Shown: positions 16,943 to 26,634, counted from the stretch's first letter. The stretch is DNA of 29,537 nt from an uncultured Cellvibrionales bacterium (GCA_965370135.1 CBDUUA010000001.1:1-29537), one strand, 5' to 3'. Notes: generated by a model from the sequence alone, not told the origin. Numbers and translations: made by a program.

Positions 16943-18279
16943 GAGCGCTTGGCTGCGTGAATTTTGTTGGACCAGGATTGGACCCGCTGGCGTATTGAAT
17001 CTGGCGCCAGGGTCTGCAATTGGCGCTCCTTGAGCAGCAGCTTGCCACCCACCCAAACATGGCTGACATGGTCTGAGACCTGGTTGTATACCAATTGCGA
17101 CATCGGATTGTAAATGGGTTGCAGACGCAAATCGTCCAGCTTGACGGCAATCAGGTCAGCCAGCTTACCTGCCTCCAGGGATCCCAGCCGGTGTCCCTGG
17201 CCAAGGGCCCGGGCACCATTGATTGTGGCCATTTCCAGCGCTTCGAACGCGGGCAGGGCGGTGGCGTCACCCGCCAGGCCTTTGCCCAGTAATGCGGCAG
17301 TGCGCATTTCGCCGAACAGGTCGAGATCGTTGTTACTGGCGGCGCCATCGGTGCCGAGGGCCACGTTGATGCCTTTTTTATCGAGCTCTGTCACCGGGCA
17401 CATGCCGCTGGCCAACTTCAGGTTGGATCTGGGGCAGTGGATGACGTGACTTGAGGTGAGTGCCAGGTCATCGATATCGTCATCGTTGAGATGGCAGGCA
17501 TGCACGCATTGCATGCGAGGAGTGAGCAGGCCGAGGTCGCGCAGTTGGCGGATGGGTCGTTGCCCGGTCTCCCGGGTGGCGCGTTCGATTTCCAGGGATG
17601 TTTCATGCAGATGCATCTGCACGGTTGCCTGTAGTTCTTCAGACAGCATGGCTACGCGCTCCAGCAACTTGTCGGAAACGGTGTAGGGCGCATGGGGGCC
17701 AAAGGCGATTTGTATCAGGGAGTTATTTTTGTACTCGTCGAACAGTGCCGTGCCCATGCTGATGTAGTGATCCGGCCCCGTGCCCCATACGGTCGGAAAG
17801 TCCAGGATCGGGAAGGCGAGTTGGGTGCGGATACCCGCCATACGCGCAGCCTCAGCTACGGACTCGGGGAAAAAATACATATCGCTGAAGCAGGTGGTGC
17901 CGGATAGCAGCATCTCGGCGATGGCAAGCTCGGCGCCATCCCTGACAAATTCGGCACAGACCCACTGTTGTTCGGCGGGCCAGATATCCTGCTGCAGCCA
18001 TTCCTGCAAGGGTTTATCGTTGGCCATGCCCTTGAGCAGGCTCATAGCCGCATGGCCATGGACGTTGATCAGGCCCGGCATTAGCGCGTGCTGCGACAGT
18101 TCCAGCGTATGGCTGGCATCGAAGCGCTGCAGCGCCTCGGCTCGCGGACAGATGGCGATGATGCGATCGCCGTGGACGGCGACGCCGCAATCCTCGAGCA
18201 CAGTGTTGGCGGGAACTATGGGGATAATCCACCGGGCGAATAGCAACAGATCGACTGCCTGCCGGGGCTGATTGGGCAT
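16939..18279 (-). CDS. mtaD: TRZ/ATZ-family amidohydrolase (MtaD-like methylthioadenosine/SAH deaminase)
   Basis: 'MPGLINVHGHAAM', 'GTTCFSDMYF', 'GPHAPY', 'MHLHET', 'HCPRSNLKLASG' and 'LGTDGAASNN'. Confidence 0.85.
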   Translation of the reverse strand: MPNQPRQAVDLLLFARWIIPIVPANTVLEDCGVAVHGDRIIAICPRAEALQRFDASHTLELSQHALMPGLINVHGHAAMSLLKGMANDKPLQEWLQQDIWPAEQQWVCAEFVRDGAELAIAEMLLSGTTCFSDMYFFPESVAEAARMAGIRTQLAFPILDFPTVWGTGPDHYISMGTALFDEYKNNSLIQIAFGPHAPYTVSDKLLERVAMLSEELQATVQMHLHETSLEIERATRETGQRPIRQLRDLGLLTPRMQCVHACHLNDDDIDDLALTSSHVIHCPRSNLKLASGMCPVTELDKKGINVALGTDGAASNNDLDLFGEMRTAALLGKGLAGDATALPAFEALEMATINGARALGQGHRLGSLEAGKLADLIAVKLDDLRLQPIYNPMSQLVYNQVSDHVSHVWVGGKLLLKERQLQTLAPDSIRQRVQSWSNKIHAAKRS

Positions 18280-18424
18280 GGTGATTCCTTGGCTTGCGGT
18301 GCGATTCTACAAATCGGCTCAGTATACCGCTTATTGTTGCTGGAGGCACCGGCAATCAGTGTCTTGCTGGCACGGTTTATATATCGATTAAAGGACACTA
18401 AGTGTCGGCATTCGCTGGTGAATT

Positions 18425-18433
18425 TGCTATGAT
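18425..18433 (+). promoter_or_regulatory. Candidate extended -10 promoter of gyrA
   Basis: TG-C-TATGAT followed by the GC-rich discriminator TGCGCGC, about 105 nt upstream of the gyrA ATG. Confidence 0.5.
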
Positions 18434-18539
18434 TGCGCGCTTTATCGTGTGCATGGGTAGCTTGAAGAGTTTGCTGCTGGTTTGAGCACAGTCTGGAAGC
18501 AGTCTTGAATAAATAAGTCAAGGGGTATCAACGCCTAAC

Positions 18540-21113
18540 ATGGGTGAACTCGCCAAAGAAATCCTGCCGATAAGTATCGAAGAAGAACTTAAACAGTCGT
18601 ACCTCGACTACGCCATGAGCGTGATCGTCGGGCGCGCCTTGCCCGATGTTCGCGATGGCTTGAAGCCGGTGCATCGCCGTGTGCTTTTTGCCATGAGCGA
18701 ACTTAAAAACGACTGGAATAAACCCTATAAAAAATCCGCCAGGGTGGTGGGCGATGTGATCGGTAAATATCACCCCCACGGAGACTCCGCTGTCTACGAT
18801 ACTATCGTGCGCATGGCCCAGCCCTTTTCCCTGCGCTATATGCTGGTGGATGGCCAGGGCAATTTCGGCTCTGTCGATGGCGATCGCGCCGCTGCCATGC
18901 GCTATACCGAAATTCGCATGTCCAAGATTGCCCATGAGTTGCTGGCCGATCTCGAAAAGGAAACCGTCGACTTTGTGCCCAACTACGACGGCACCGAGCA
19001 TATTCCCGATGTGCTGCCGACGCGGGTGCCGAACCTGTTGGTCAACGGTTCCTCCGGCATCGCCGTGGGCATGGCGACCAATATTCCGCCCCACAATCTT
19101 GACGAGGTGGTTCAAGGCTGTCTGGCCTTGATCGCAGACCCGGACATCAGTATCGATCAGCTGATGGAATATATCCCGGGGCCGGACTTCCCCACCGCTG
19201 CCATTATCAATGGTAAAGCCGGTATTGTGCAGGCGTATCGCACCGGCCGTGGCCGTATCTATGTGCGCTCCCGCGCCGAAGTCGTGCCCGATGTGTCGGG
19301 TAAGCGTGAAACTATTATCATTACCGAATTGCCCTATCAGGTTAACAAAGCGCGCCTGATTGAGAAAATCGCCGAGTTGGTGAAAGAGAAAAAGATCGAG
19401 GGCATCACCGAGTTGCGCGATGAGAGTGACAAGGACGGCATGCGCGTTGTCATCGAGCTGCGCCGCGGTGAGGTAGGCGATGTCATTCTCAACAACCTCT
19501 ACGCCCAAACCCAGATGGAGAGCGTCTTCGGTATCAACGTCGTCGCCCTGGTCGATGGCCAGCCGAAAATTCTCAACCTGAAGCAGCTGCTCGAAGCCTT
19601 TGTGCGTCATCGTCGCGAGGTGGTGACCCGGCGTACGGTTTACCTGTTGCGCAAGGCGCGGGAGCGAGGCCATATCCTGGAGGGCCTGGCCATAGCGCTG
19701 GCCAATATTGACCCGGTCATCGAGATGATCAAAGCCTCGCCCAGCCCGGCGGAAGCCAAGCAGAGGCTGCTGCTGAAGGCCTGGCCCCCCGGGGATGTCA
19801 TGCTCATGCTGGAGCGCAGTGGCGAGTCTGCCTGCCGACCCGAAGATCTGCCGGCCGAATACGGGCTGCGTGACGGTAGCTATCACCTGTCCCCAACCCA
19901 GGCCCAGGCGATCCTGGATTTGCGCCTGCATCGGCTCACCGGTATGGAGCACGATAAGCTATTGGCCGAGTACTCCGAAAGGCTGCTTGAAATAGCCGAG
20001 TACCTCGAGATTCTTGGGGATCCGGACAGGCTAATGGCGGTGATTACGGAAGAATTGCAGGCGGTCAAGGACGAGTTTGGCGATCAGCGCCGCACCGAAA
20101 TTATCAGCTCGCGCCACGATCTTACGGTGGAGGATTTAATCACCGAAGAAGACCGGGTAGTGACCATTTCACGGGGGGGCTATGCCAAGAGTCAACCCTT
20201 GTCGGATTATCAGGCCCAGCGTCGCGGTGGCATGGGCCGGTCGGCGACGGCGGTAAAAGAAGAAGATTTTGTCGAACATTTGCTGGTCGCCAATACCCAC
20301 GACGTCATCCTGTGTTTTAGTGACGCGGGCAAAGTGTACTGGCTCAAGGTCTACCAGATTCCGGTGGCGAGCCGGGCGGCGCGAGGCCGGCCCCTGGTCA
20401 ACCTGTTACCGCTGGAGGGAGAGGAGCGCATCACGTCTATCCTGCCGGTAGGCGAATACGACGAAAATAAATTTGTGTTTATGGCGACCGCGAGAGGGAC
20501 GGTGAAGAAAACGCCGCTGATCGCTTTTTCCCGTCCCCGCAGCGCGGGTTTGATCGCGCTGGACCTGGATGAAGGCGACCATTTGGTGGGCACTGCGGTC
20601 ACCGATGGTAGCTGCGATATCATGATGTTCAGCTCCAACGGCAAGTGCATGCGCTTTAAAGAATCGAATGTCCGTGCGATGGGCCGCACCGCCAAAGGCG
20701 TAAGAGGTATTCGATTGGCGTCGGATTATCAGGTGATTGCGCTGATTATACCCCAGGCCAATATGCAGATACTCACCGCCAGTCGCAATGGTTTCGGCAA
20801 GCGCTGCGAGGTGACCGAATTTCCACTCAAGGGCCGCGGTGGCCAGGGCGTTATCGCGCAACAGTGCAGCGAGCGCAACGGCGATCTGGTCGGTGCAATC
20901 CAGGTCTGCAGTGGTGAAGAAATGATGCTTATCAGTGACCAGGGCAAGCTGGTGAGAACCCGGGTCGACGAGGTGTCACTCAGTGGCCGCAATACCCAGG
21001 GAGTTACCCTGATTCGGCTCAAGGACGGCGAACATCTGGTAGGCATCGAGCGGGTGGAGGAGTCGGATTCCGAAGACGAGCCGGATGCCGGGGATGCCTC
21101 CGAGCCTGAGTAG
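18540..21113 (+). CDS. gyrA: DNA gyrase subunit A
   Basis: '[28 protein letters not shown]', '[10 protein letters not shown]', catalytic 'AAMRYTE', GyrA-box variant QRRGGMG, beta-pinwheel repeats and an acidic tail. Confidence 0.99.
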   Translation: MGELAKEILPISIEEELKQSYLDYAMSVIVGRALPDVRDGLKPVHRRVLFAMSELKNDWNKPYKKSARVVGDVIGKYHPHGDSAVYDTIVRMAQPFSLRYMLVDGQGNFGSVDGDRAAAMRYTEIRMSKIAHELLADLEKETVDFVPNYDGTEHIPDVLPTRVPNLLVNGSSGIAVGMATNIPPHNLDEVVQGCLALIADPDISIDQLMEYIPGPDFPTAAIINGKAGIVQAYRTGRGRIYVRSRAEVVPDVSGKRETIIITELPYQVNKARLIEKIAELVKEKKIEGITELRDESDKDGMRVVIELRRGEVGDVILNNLYAQTQMESVFGINVVALVDGQPKILNLKQLLEAFVRHRREVVTRRTVYLLRKARERGHILEGLAIALANIDPVIEMIKASPSPAEAKQRLLLKAWPPGDVMLMLERSGESACRPEDLPAEYGLRDGSYHLSPTQAQAILDLRLHRLTGMEHDKLLAEYSERLLEIAEYLEILGDPDRLMAVITEELQAVKDEFGDQRRTEIISSRHDLTVEDLITEEDRVVTISRGGYAKSQPLSDYQAQRRGGMGRSATAVKEEDFVEHLLVANTHDVILCFSDAGKVYWLKVYQIPVASRAARGRPLVNLLPLEGEERITSILPVGEYDENKFVFMATARGTVKKTPLIAFSRPRSAGLIALDLDEGDHLVGTAVTDGSCDIMMFSSNGKCMRFKESNVRAMGRTAKGVRGIRLASDYQVIALIIPQANMQILTASRNGFGKRCEVTEFPLKGRGGQGVIAQQCSERNGDLVGAIQVCSGEEMMLISDQGKLVRTRVDEVSLSGRNTQGVTLIRLKDGEHLVGIERVEESDSEDEPDAGDASEPE

Positions 21114-21117
21114 TCAC

Positions 21118-21144
21118 TAGTCGTGCAAATAGTCGTGCAAATAG
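21118..21144. repeat. 12-nt tandem duplication just after the gyrA stop
   Basis: TAGTCGTGCAAA TAGTCGTGCAAA TAG. Confidence 0.88.
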
Positions 21145-21183
21145 CAGGTTTGTTCATTGTTTATAGTCCTGAGTTTACAGCCC

Positions 21184-21213
21184 AGAGGTAGTGAGAGATA
21201 GTGAGAGGTAGTG
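21184..21213 (+). repeat. 10-nt tandem repeat x3 containing the serC RBS
   Basis: AGAGGTAGTG AGAGATAGTG AGAGGTAGTG, then G-ATG. Confidence 0.88.
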
Positions 21214-21214
21214 G

Positions 21215-22294
21215 ATGACACGCAAATATAATTTTGGTGCAGGTCCGGCGGCGTTGCCGGAAGTGGTATTGGAGCGGGCACAGCAGGAGATCACCGACTG
21301 GCACGGGCGCGGCTTGTCGGTCATGGAGATGAGTCATCGCAGTGCCGATTTTGTCGGTGTCGCGGAGCAGGCCGAGGCGAATCTGCGCGAGCTGCTGGCG
21401 ATTGGCGATGACTATGCGGTGCTGTTTTTGCAGGGCGGCGCCAGTTCGCAGTTTGCGGCAGTGCCACTCAACCTCTCGACCGAGGATGCGGTAGTCGACT
21501 ACGTCAACACCGGGCAATGGTCGAAGAAGGCCATCAAAGAGGCGCAGCGTTACTGCAAGGTTAATGTTGTTGCCAGTGGCGAGTCGGACAATTTCAGCTC
21601 GATTCCCGATTTTGCCAGTTGGAGCCTCAGCGTTAACGCGTCTTACTTACATTACACGCCCAACGAAACTATCGGCGGGGTAGAGTTTTTCTGGACTCCC
21701 GAGGTGGATGTGCCGCTGGTGGCCGATATGTCATCAACCCTGTTGTCGCGGCCCCTCGATGTCAGCCAGTTTGGGCTTATCTATGCAGGGGCCCAGAAAA
21801 ACATCGGGCCGGCCGGCCTGACCCTGGTTATTGTACGGCGGGATCTGATTGGACGAGCTCGCGCCTTGACCCCTGCGATGATGGATTACCAGACCCAGGC
21901 GGAGTCCGGCTCCATGTACAATACGCCACCTACCTACGCCTGGTACCTGGCCGGCCTGGTATTCGAATGGCTGCAACAACAAGGCGGTCTGGCGGCGATG
22001 GAGCAGGTGAATCGGCGCAAGGCGGGCAAGCTGTACGGCGCCATCGATACCAGTGCTTTTTATGGCAACCCGGTCGCTATTGCCGATCGCTCCTTGATGA
22101 ATATTCCTTTTACCCTGGCGGATAGCAAGCTCGACAAGCTCTTTCTGGAGCAGGCGGCGGAAGCCGACTTGCTCAACCTGAAAGGCCACCGCGCAGTCGG
22201 TGGCATGCGCGCCAGCATTTACAATGCGGTGCCGGAGCAGGCCGTTGATAGCCTGATTGATTTTATGCGGGACTTCGAGCAACGAAACGCCTGA
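21215..22294 (+). CDS. serC: 3-phosphoserine/phosphohydroxythreonine transaminase
   Basis: 'YNFGAGPA.LP', 'MEMSHRS', 'FLQGGAS', 'NETIGG', 'DMSS', 'GAQKNIGPAG' and 'GHRAVGGMRASIYNA'. Confidence 0.98.
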   Translation: MTRKYNFGAGPAALPEVVLERAQQEITDWHGRGLSVMEMSHRSADFVGVAEQAEANLRELLAIGDDYAVLFLQGGASSQFAAVPLNLSTEDAVVDYVNTGQWSKKAIKEAQRYCKVNVVASGESDNFSSIPDFASWSLSVNASYLHYTPNETIGGVEFFWTPEVDVPLVADMSSTLLSRPLDVSQFGLIYAGAQKNIGPAGLTLVIVRRDLIGRARALTPAMMDYQTQAESGSMYNTPPTYAWYLAGLVFEWLQQQGGLAAMEQVNRRKAGKLYGAIDTSAFYGNPVAIADRSLMNIPFTLADSKLDKLFLEQAAEADLLNLKGHRAVGGMRASIYNAVPEQAVDSLIDFMRDFEQRNA

Positions 22295-22298
22295 CAAC

Positions 22299-23426
22299 AT
22301 GAGCGACTCACCCACTCTTGAAGCCCTGCGCGAGGACATCGATGCGCTGGATCGCCAGATTCAGCAATTGATCAACCAGCGAGCCCGCTGCGCGGTGCAG
22401 GTTGCAGAGGTTAAACAGGGCGCTTCCGAGAGTGCCCGTGCTGATAGCTCTGAGAGCGCCGCCCCCGGGGAGGTCATGTTTTATCGCCCGGAGCGGGAAG
22501 CCCAGGTGTTGCGGAATGTTATGGAGCGCAATACGGGGCCCCTCGATGATGCCGTTATGGCGACTATCTTTCGCGAGATCATGTCTGCCTGTCTGGCCCT
22601 GGAGCGCCCCCTTCGCGTCGCCTATCTTGGTCCGGAAGGGACATTTACCCAGGCCGCGGCATTGAAACACTTCGGTCACGCCGTCATCAATCGGCCCCAG
22701 CAGACGATAGCGAATGTTTTCTCACAGGTTGAGTCGGGAGAGTGCAGCTACGGTGTGGTGCCGGTAGAAAATTCCACCGAGGGTATGGTCAGTCACACCC
22801 TGGATCATTTTATCGACTCGCCACTCAAGATCTGTGGCGAGGTGGAGTTGCGCATTCAGTTGCACATGCTGGCCGCGCCAGCAGCTGAAGTAGAAGGTAT
22901 TCGCAGTATCTGTGCGCACCAGCAGGCGCTGGCCCAGTGCCGTCACTGGCTGGATCGCAATTGGCCGGGGGTAGATCGGGTCGCGGTCAGCAGCAACGGC
23001 GAAGCGGCCCGTATGGCGGCGGCCGATACCTCAGTCGTCGCCGTGGCAGGAGACATGGCGGCTGATCTGTACGGCCTGAAACGCCTGGCCACTAATATTG
23101 AAGATTATGCGGATAATACCACTCGCTTTTTGATTATTGGTCGCGAGGCGGTGCCGCCCAGTGGCAAGGATAAGACCTCGATTGTAGTATCGACCCGCAA
23201 TAAGCCGGGGGCCTTGTTCCACTTGCTGTCACCGTTTGAGCAAGAAGGTGTCGGGCTGACTCGTATCGATACCCGGCCCTCGCGCACTGAAACCTGGGCC
23301 TATGTATTTTTTATGGAATTTGAGGGCCATCTGCAAGATCCGCATATTCAGCGTATCGTGCAAGCGCTGGAGCAACAGTCGGTGTTATTGAAGGCGCTGG
23401 GTTCTTATCCCAAGGCCGTGATTTAA
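22299..23426 (+). CDS. pheA: Chorismate mutase/prephenate dehydratase (P-protein)
   Basis: Start at ATG 22299 (MSDSPTLEALREDID). Motifs 'YRPEREAQVL', 'YLGPEGTF', 'PVENSTEG', 'NTTRFLII' and the ACT domain 'NKPGAL'. Confidence 0.97.
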   Translation: MSDSPTLEALREDIDALDRQIQQLINQRARCAVQVAEVKQGASESARADSSESAAPGEVMFYRPEREAQVLRNVMERNTGPLDDAVMATIFREIMSACLALERPLRVAYLGPEGTFTQAAALKHFGHAVINRPQQTIANVFSQVESGECSYGVVPVENSTEGMVSHTLDHFIDSPLKICGEVELRIQLHMLAAPAAEVEGIRSICAHQQALAQCRHWLDRNWPGVDRVAVSSNGEAARMAAADTSVVAVAGDMAADLYGLKRLATNIEDYADNTTRFLIIGREAVPPSGKDKTSIVVSTRNKPGALFHLLSPFEQEGVGLTRIDTRPSRTETWAYVFFMEFEGHLQDPHIQRIVQALEQQSVLLKALGSYPKAVI

Positions 23427-23448
23427 TCGGGCGGTCGGCAATAAACCT

Positions 23449-24360
23449 ATGTCAAATCAAGTTGGTTTTAACAGGCTGGTAATCCTGGGGCTGGGACTGA
23501 TGGGCGGCTCGCTGGCTGCCGGTCTGCGTCAGCGAGGCCTGGTGCAGCATGTTGTCGGCTGGGGTCGGCGCGAGTCCTCCTTGCAGCGTGCGTGGGAGTT
23601 GGGTTACATCGATGAGTACACTCTCGATCTCGGGGCTGCGGTAGCGGCTGCGGATATAGTGGTGATCGCCACACCAACCCTTGTTGCCGAGGATGTACTG
23701 GGCCAATTAAAGGGTTTGATATCACCGACGACAGTGCTGACGGATGTCGCCAGTGTCAAAGGCAATCTGTTGCGGCGCGCCCGGTTACTCTGGGGTACGG
23801 AACCGCCGAACCTGGTGTTGGCTCACCCCATCGCCGGTTCGGAGGAGAGTGGCGTTGAGGCTGCCCGGGGCGATCTTTTTGAGCATCACCGGGTGATACT
23901 CACCCCCACAGAAAATACCGATGCAGACGCCCTGGCCCGGGTCGAATCCATGTGGCGTTCGGTGGGCGCAGAGGTGATGCAAATGGATGTCGAGCGACAC
24001 GACCAGGTGCTTGCCGCCACCAGTCATTTACCCCATATTCTCGCCTATAGCCTGGTCGATCTACTGGCCGGCCAGGACGAGCAGCAGGATATTTTCCGCT
24101 TTGCTGCCGGCGGCTTCAGGGATTTTACTCGCATCGCATCCAGCGACCCGAAGATGTGGCATGACATTACCCTGGCCAACGATCAAGCGCTGCTGACTAT
24201 GATTGACCAATACAGTGCCCAGTTACAACGATTGCGGGCTGCTATTGCCTCCCGTGACAGCGAGCAAATAATGGATTTGTATAGCAATGCCAAGGCGGCG
24301 CGGGATCGCTTTGGCGATATGCTGCAGGCTCGAATCAGCAGTTCTGATAGTCAGGAATAA
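23449..24360 (+). CDS. tyrA: Prephenate/cyclohexadienyl dehydrogenase
   Basis: 'LGLGLMGGS', 'TDVASVK', 'HPIAGSE', 'HDQVLAATSHLPH' and 'GGFRDFTRIASSDP.MW'. Confidence 0.93.
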   Translation: MSNQVGFNRLVILGLGLMGGSLAAGLRQRGLVQHVVGWGRRESSLQRAWELGYIDEYTLDLGAAVAAADIVVIATPTLVAEDVLGQLKGLISPTTVLTDVASVKGNLLRRARLLWGTEPPNLVLAHPIAGSEESGVEAARGDLFEHHRVILTPTENTDADALARVESMWRSVGAEVMQMDVERHDQVLAATSHLPHILAYSLVDLLAGQDEQQDIFRFAAGGFRDFTRIASSDPKMWHDITLANDQALLTMIDQYSAQLQRLRAAIASRDSEQIMDLYSNAKAARDRFGDMLQARISSSDSQE

Positions 24361-24366
24361 ATTATT

Positions 24367-25677
24367 GTGTTGAATTACCGGGTAAAACCAGGTGGCGCAG
24401 TCGGTGGTCGTTGCCGAGTGCCAGGAGATAAATCTATCTCCCACCGAGCTATCATGCTGGCTTCCCTGGCCGAGGGAACAACGCATATTTCAGGGTTTCT
24501 CGAGGGCGAGGATGCGCTGGCTACGCTCAATGCTTTTCGCGCCATGGGTGTTGATATCGATGGCCCTGATAAGGGGCGGGTGGTGGTTCACGGTGTCGGC
24601 CTGCATGGGCTGCGCGCACCACAGGCGCCGCTGTATCTGGGTAATTCCGGCACCTCGATGCGGCTGCTGGCGGGTCTACTGGCGGGCCAGGCCTTCGATG
24701 TGCAAATGGAGGGAGATGAATCCCTGTCGCGCCGGCCCATGGAGCGGGTAGCCAGGCCGCTGCGGCTGATGGGGGCGCAAGTAGACATGGAACCGGGGGG
24801 TGTGCCGCCGCTTACTATTCACGGCGGGCAAAATCTTGCCGGCATTCACTACCAACTGCCGATGGCCAGTGCCCAGGTGAAATCCTGTGTGTTGCTGGCC
24901 GGCTTGTACGCCAGCGGCCAGACCTCGGTTACCGAACCGGCGCCGACCCGGAATCACACCGAGCGCATGCTGGGCGGCTTTGGCTATCCGCTACAGGTCG
25001 ACGGCGCGACGGTGCGAATCCAGGGCGGCGACACGCTGACTGCCTGCGATATTGATGTGCCCACTGATATATCTTCTGCGGCATTTTTTATGGTTGCCGC
25101 CAGTATTGCACCGGGCTCGGATGTCACCCTGCAGCATGTCGGCATCAATCCCACCCGCACCGGTATCATCGATATCCTGCGGCTGATGGGCGCTGATATC
25201 TCACTCGCCAATGGCCGTGAAGCGGGGGGTGAGCCGGTGGCGGATATTCGCATTCGCTACGCCCCACTGCGAGGAATCGAGATTCCGCCGCAGCTGGTGC
25301 CCCTGGCTATTGACGAATTCCCGGTATTGTTTGTCGCCGCAGCCTGCGCCGATGGTCGCACGGTATTGCGCGGAGCGGAGGAGCTCAGGGTCAAGGAGAG
25401 CGATCGCATTCAGGTGATGGCGGATGGTCTGACTCAGCTGGGTATCGAGGCCAGCACCCGGGATGACGGTATAGAAATTACCGGTGGCGATATCGGCGGC
25501 GGACGAGTCGTCAGCCACGGTGATCACCGCATCGCGATGGCCTTTACCGTGGCCGGATTGCGAGCTGCCGATGACATCCTGGTCGAGGATTGCGCCAACG
25601 TGGCGACCTCTTTCCCCGGCTTTATCGAGCTGGCGAATGATTGTGGTTTACGCGTAGTAATAGAAGAAGAACAGTAA
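24367..25677 (+). CDS. aroA: 3-phosphoshikimate 1-carboxyvinyltransferase (EPSP synthase)
   Basis: 'VPGDKSISHRA', 'LGNSGTSMRL', 'SAQVKS', 'RNHTERML', 'RVKESDRI' and 'DHRIAMAF'. Confidence 0.97.
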   Translation: MLNYRVKPGGAVGGRCRVPGDKSISHRAIMLASLAEGTTHISGFLEGEDALATLNAFRAMGVDIDGPDKGRVVVHGVGLHGLRAPQAPLYLGNSGTSMRLLAGLLAGQAFDVQMEGDESLSRRPMERVARPLRLMGAQVDMEPGGVPPLTIHGGQNLAGIHYQLPMASAQVKSCVLLAGLYASGQTSVTEPAPTRNHTERMLGGFGYPLQVDGATVRIQGGDTLTACDIDVPTDISSAAFFMVAASIAPGSDVTLQHVGINPTRTGIIDILRLMGADISLANGREAGGEPVADIRIRYAPLRGIEIPPQLVPLAIDEFPVLFVAAACADGRTVLRGAEELRVKESDRIQVMADGLTQLGIEASTRDDGIEITGGDIGGGRVVSHGDHRIAMAFTVAGLRAADDILVEDCANVATSFPGFIELANDCGLRVVIEEEQ

Positions 25678-25724
25678 TAGAAGAACAGTAGTCGAAGAGT
25701 AGTCGTTGAAGATAGGAGTCGATA
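25654..25724 (+). repeat. Degenerate tandem duplications across the aroA stop and cmk leader
   Basis: GTAATAGAAGAAGAACA / GTAATAGAAGAACA / GTAGTCGAAGA / GTAGTCGTTGAAGA. Confidence 0.75.
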
Positions 25725-26414
25725 ATGGTTGTGCAACAACAAGCGCCGGTAATTACCATCGATGGCCCCAGTGGCTCGGGCAAGGGAACCATTAGCCAGT
25801 CGTTGGCAAACACATTGGGTTGGCATTTTCTGGATAGTGGTGCGCTCTATCGACTGGTTGCGCTGGTTGCGGTGCGCAGTGGCGTGGGCGGTGGGCAAGC
25901 ATCAGATTTGGCGGTATTGGCATCGGCGCTGGAGGTTGTATTCCAGCCCTCGGAAAAGCTTGAAGCGGTGGTGAGCTTATCCGGGGAGGATGTCAGTCTG
26001 CTCATTCGGGATGAAGCGATTGGTGTCATGGCATCTGAGGTGGCGGCCCACCCCGAGTTGCGCGAGGCGCTACTGGAGCGCCAGCGTGCATTTGCCGAAC
26101 TGCCGGGGCTGGTGGCGGATGGTCGCGATATGGGAACTGTTGTATTTCCCGCCGCCGGACTCAAGGTCTTCCTGACGGCCAGTGCCGAGGAGCGGGCGGC
26201 CAGGCGCTATAAGCAGTTGAAAGATAAGGGGCAAGATGTTAGTCTCCCGCGGCTTTTGGCCGACATCAAAAATCGAGATGAACGCGATAGTTGCAGGTCG
26301 GTGTCGCCGTTGGTCGCAGCGGAGGACGCCATGGTGCTGGACAGCACCGAATTGAGCATAGAAGAGGTACAGCAGCGCATCCTGGCGGAAGTGAAGAAGC
26401 GTGGATTGCGGTGA
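25725..26414 (+). CDS. cmk: Cytidylate kinase
   Basis: '[14 protein letters not shown]', 'LDSGALYR', '[13 protein letters not shown]', '[10 protein letters not shown]' and 'RDERD'. Confidence 0.97.
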   Translation: MVVQQQAPVITIDGPSGSGKGTISQSLANTLGWHFLDSGALYRLVALVAVRSGVGGGQASDLAVLASALEVVFQPSEKLEAVVSLSGEDVSLLIRDEAIGVMASEVAAHPELREALLERQRAFAELPGLVADGRDMGTVVFPAAGLKVFLTASAEERAARRYKQLKDKGQDVSLPRLLADIKNRDERDSCRSVSPLVAAEDAMVLDSTELSIEEVQQRILAEVKKRGLR

Positions 26415-26634
26415 TGTTTTTACCGGGTGAAGCTATGAACTGTCGTTAGTAACCAATAGTTAGTAAACCGGGTAATACACGTAGTCATTGTAGTCATTAA
26501 TAGGGCAACAGGCGGAGATTCTTGCATCAGGCCAGCTTTAGCAAGAGGCCTCCGGATACTCACTAACCCACACGGGCTGGTTGTGTGGAGCAAGAGCGTG
26601 TGCTCTTGTCATTAAACCAAAGGTAGCAGAACTT

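Noticed and set aside
18528-19952. 474-aa antisense ORF over gyrA
   Set aside because: It is a shadow ORF on the reverse strand of a highly conserved gene, with no recognisable motifs. Such ORFs are expected from codon bias in GC-rich coding DNA.
23427-23448. Absence of hisC between pheA and tyrA
   Set aside because: This gene is variably present at this locus in gammaproteobacteria, so its absence is not distinctive.
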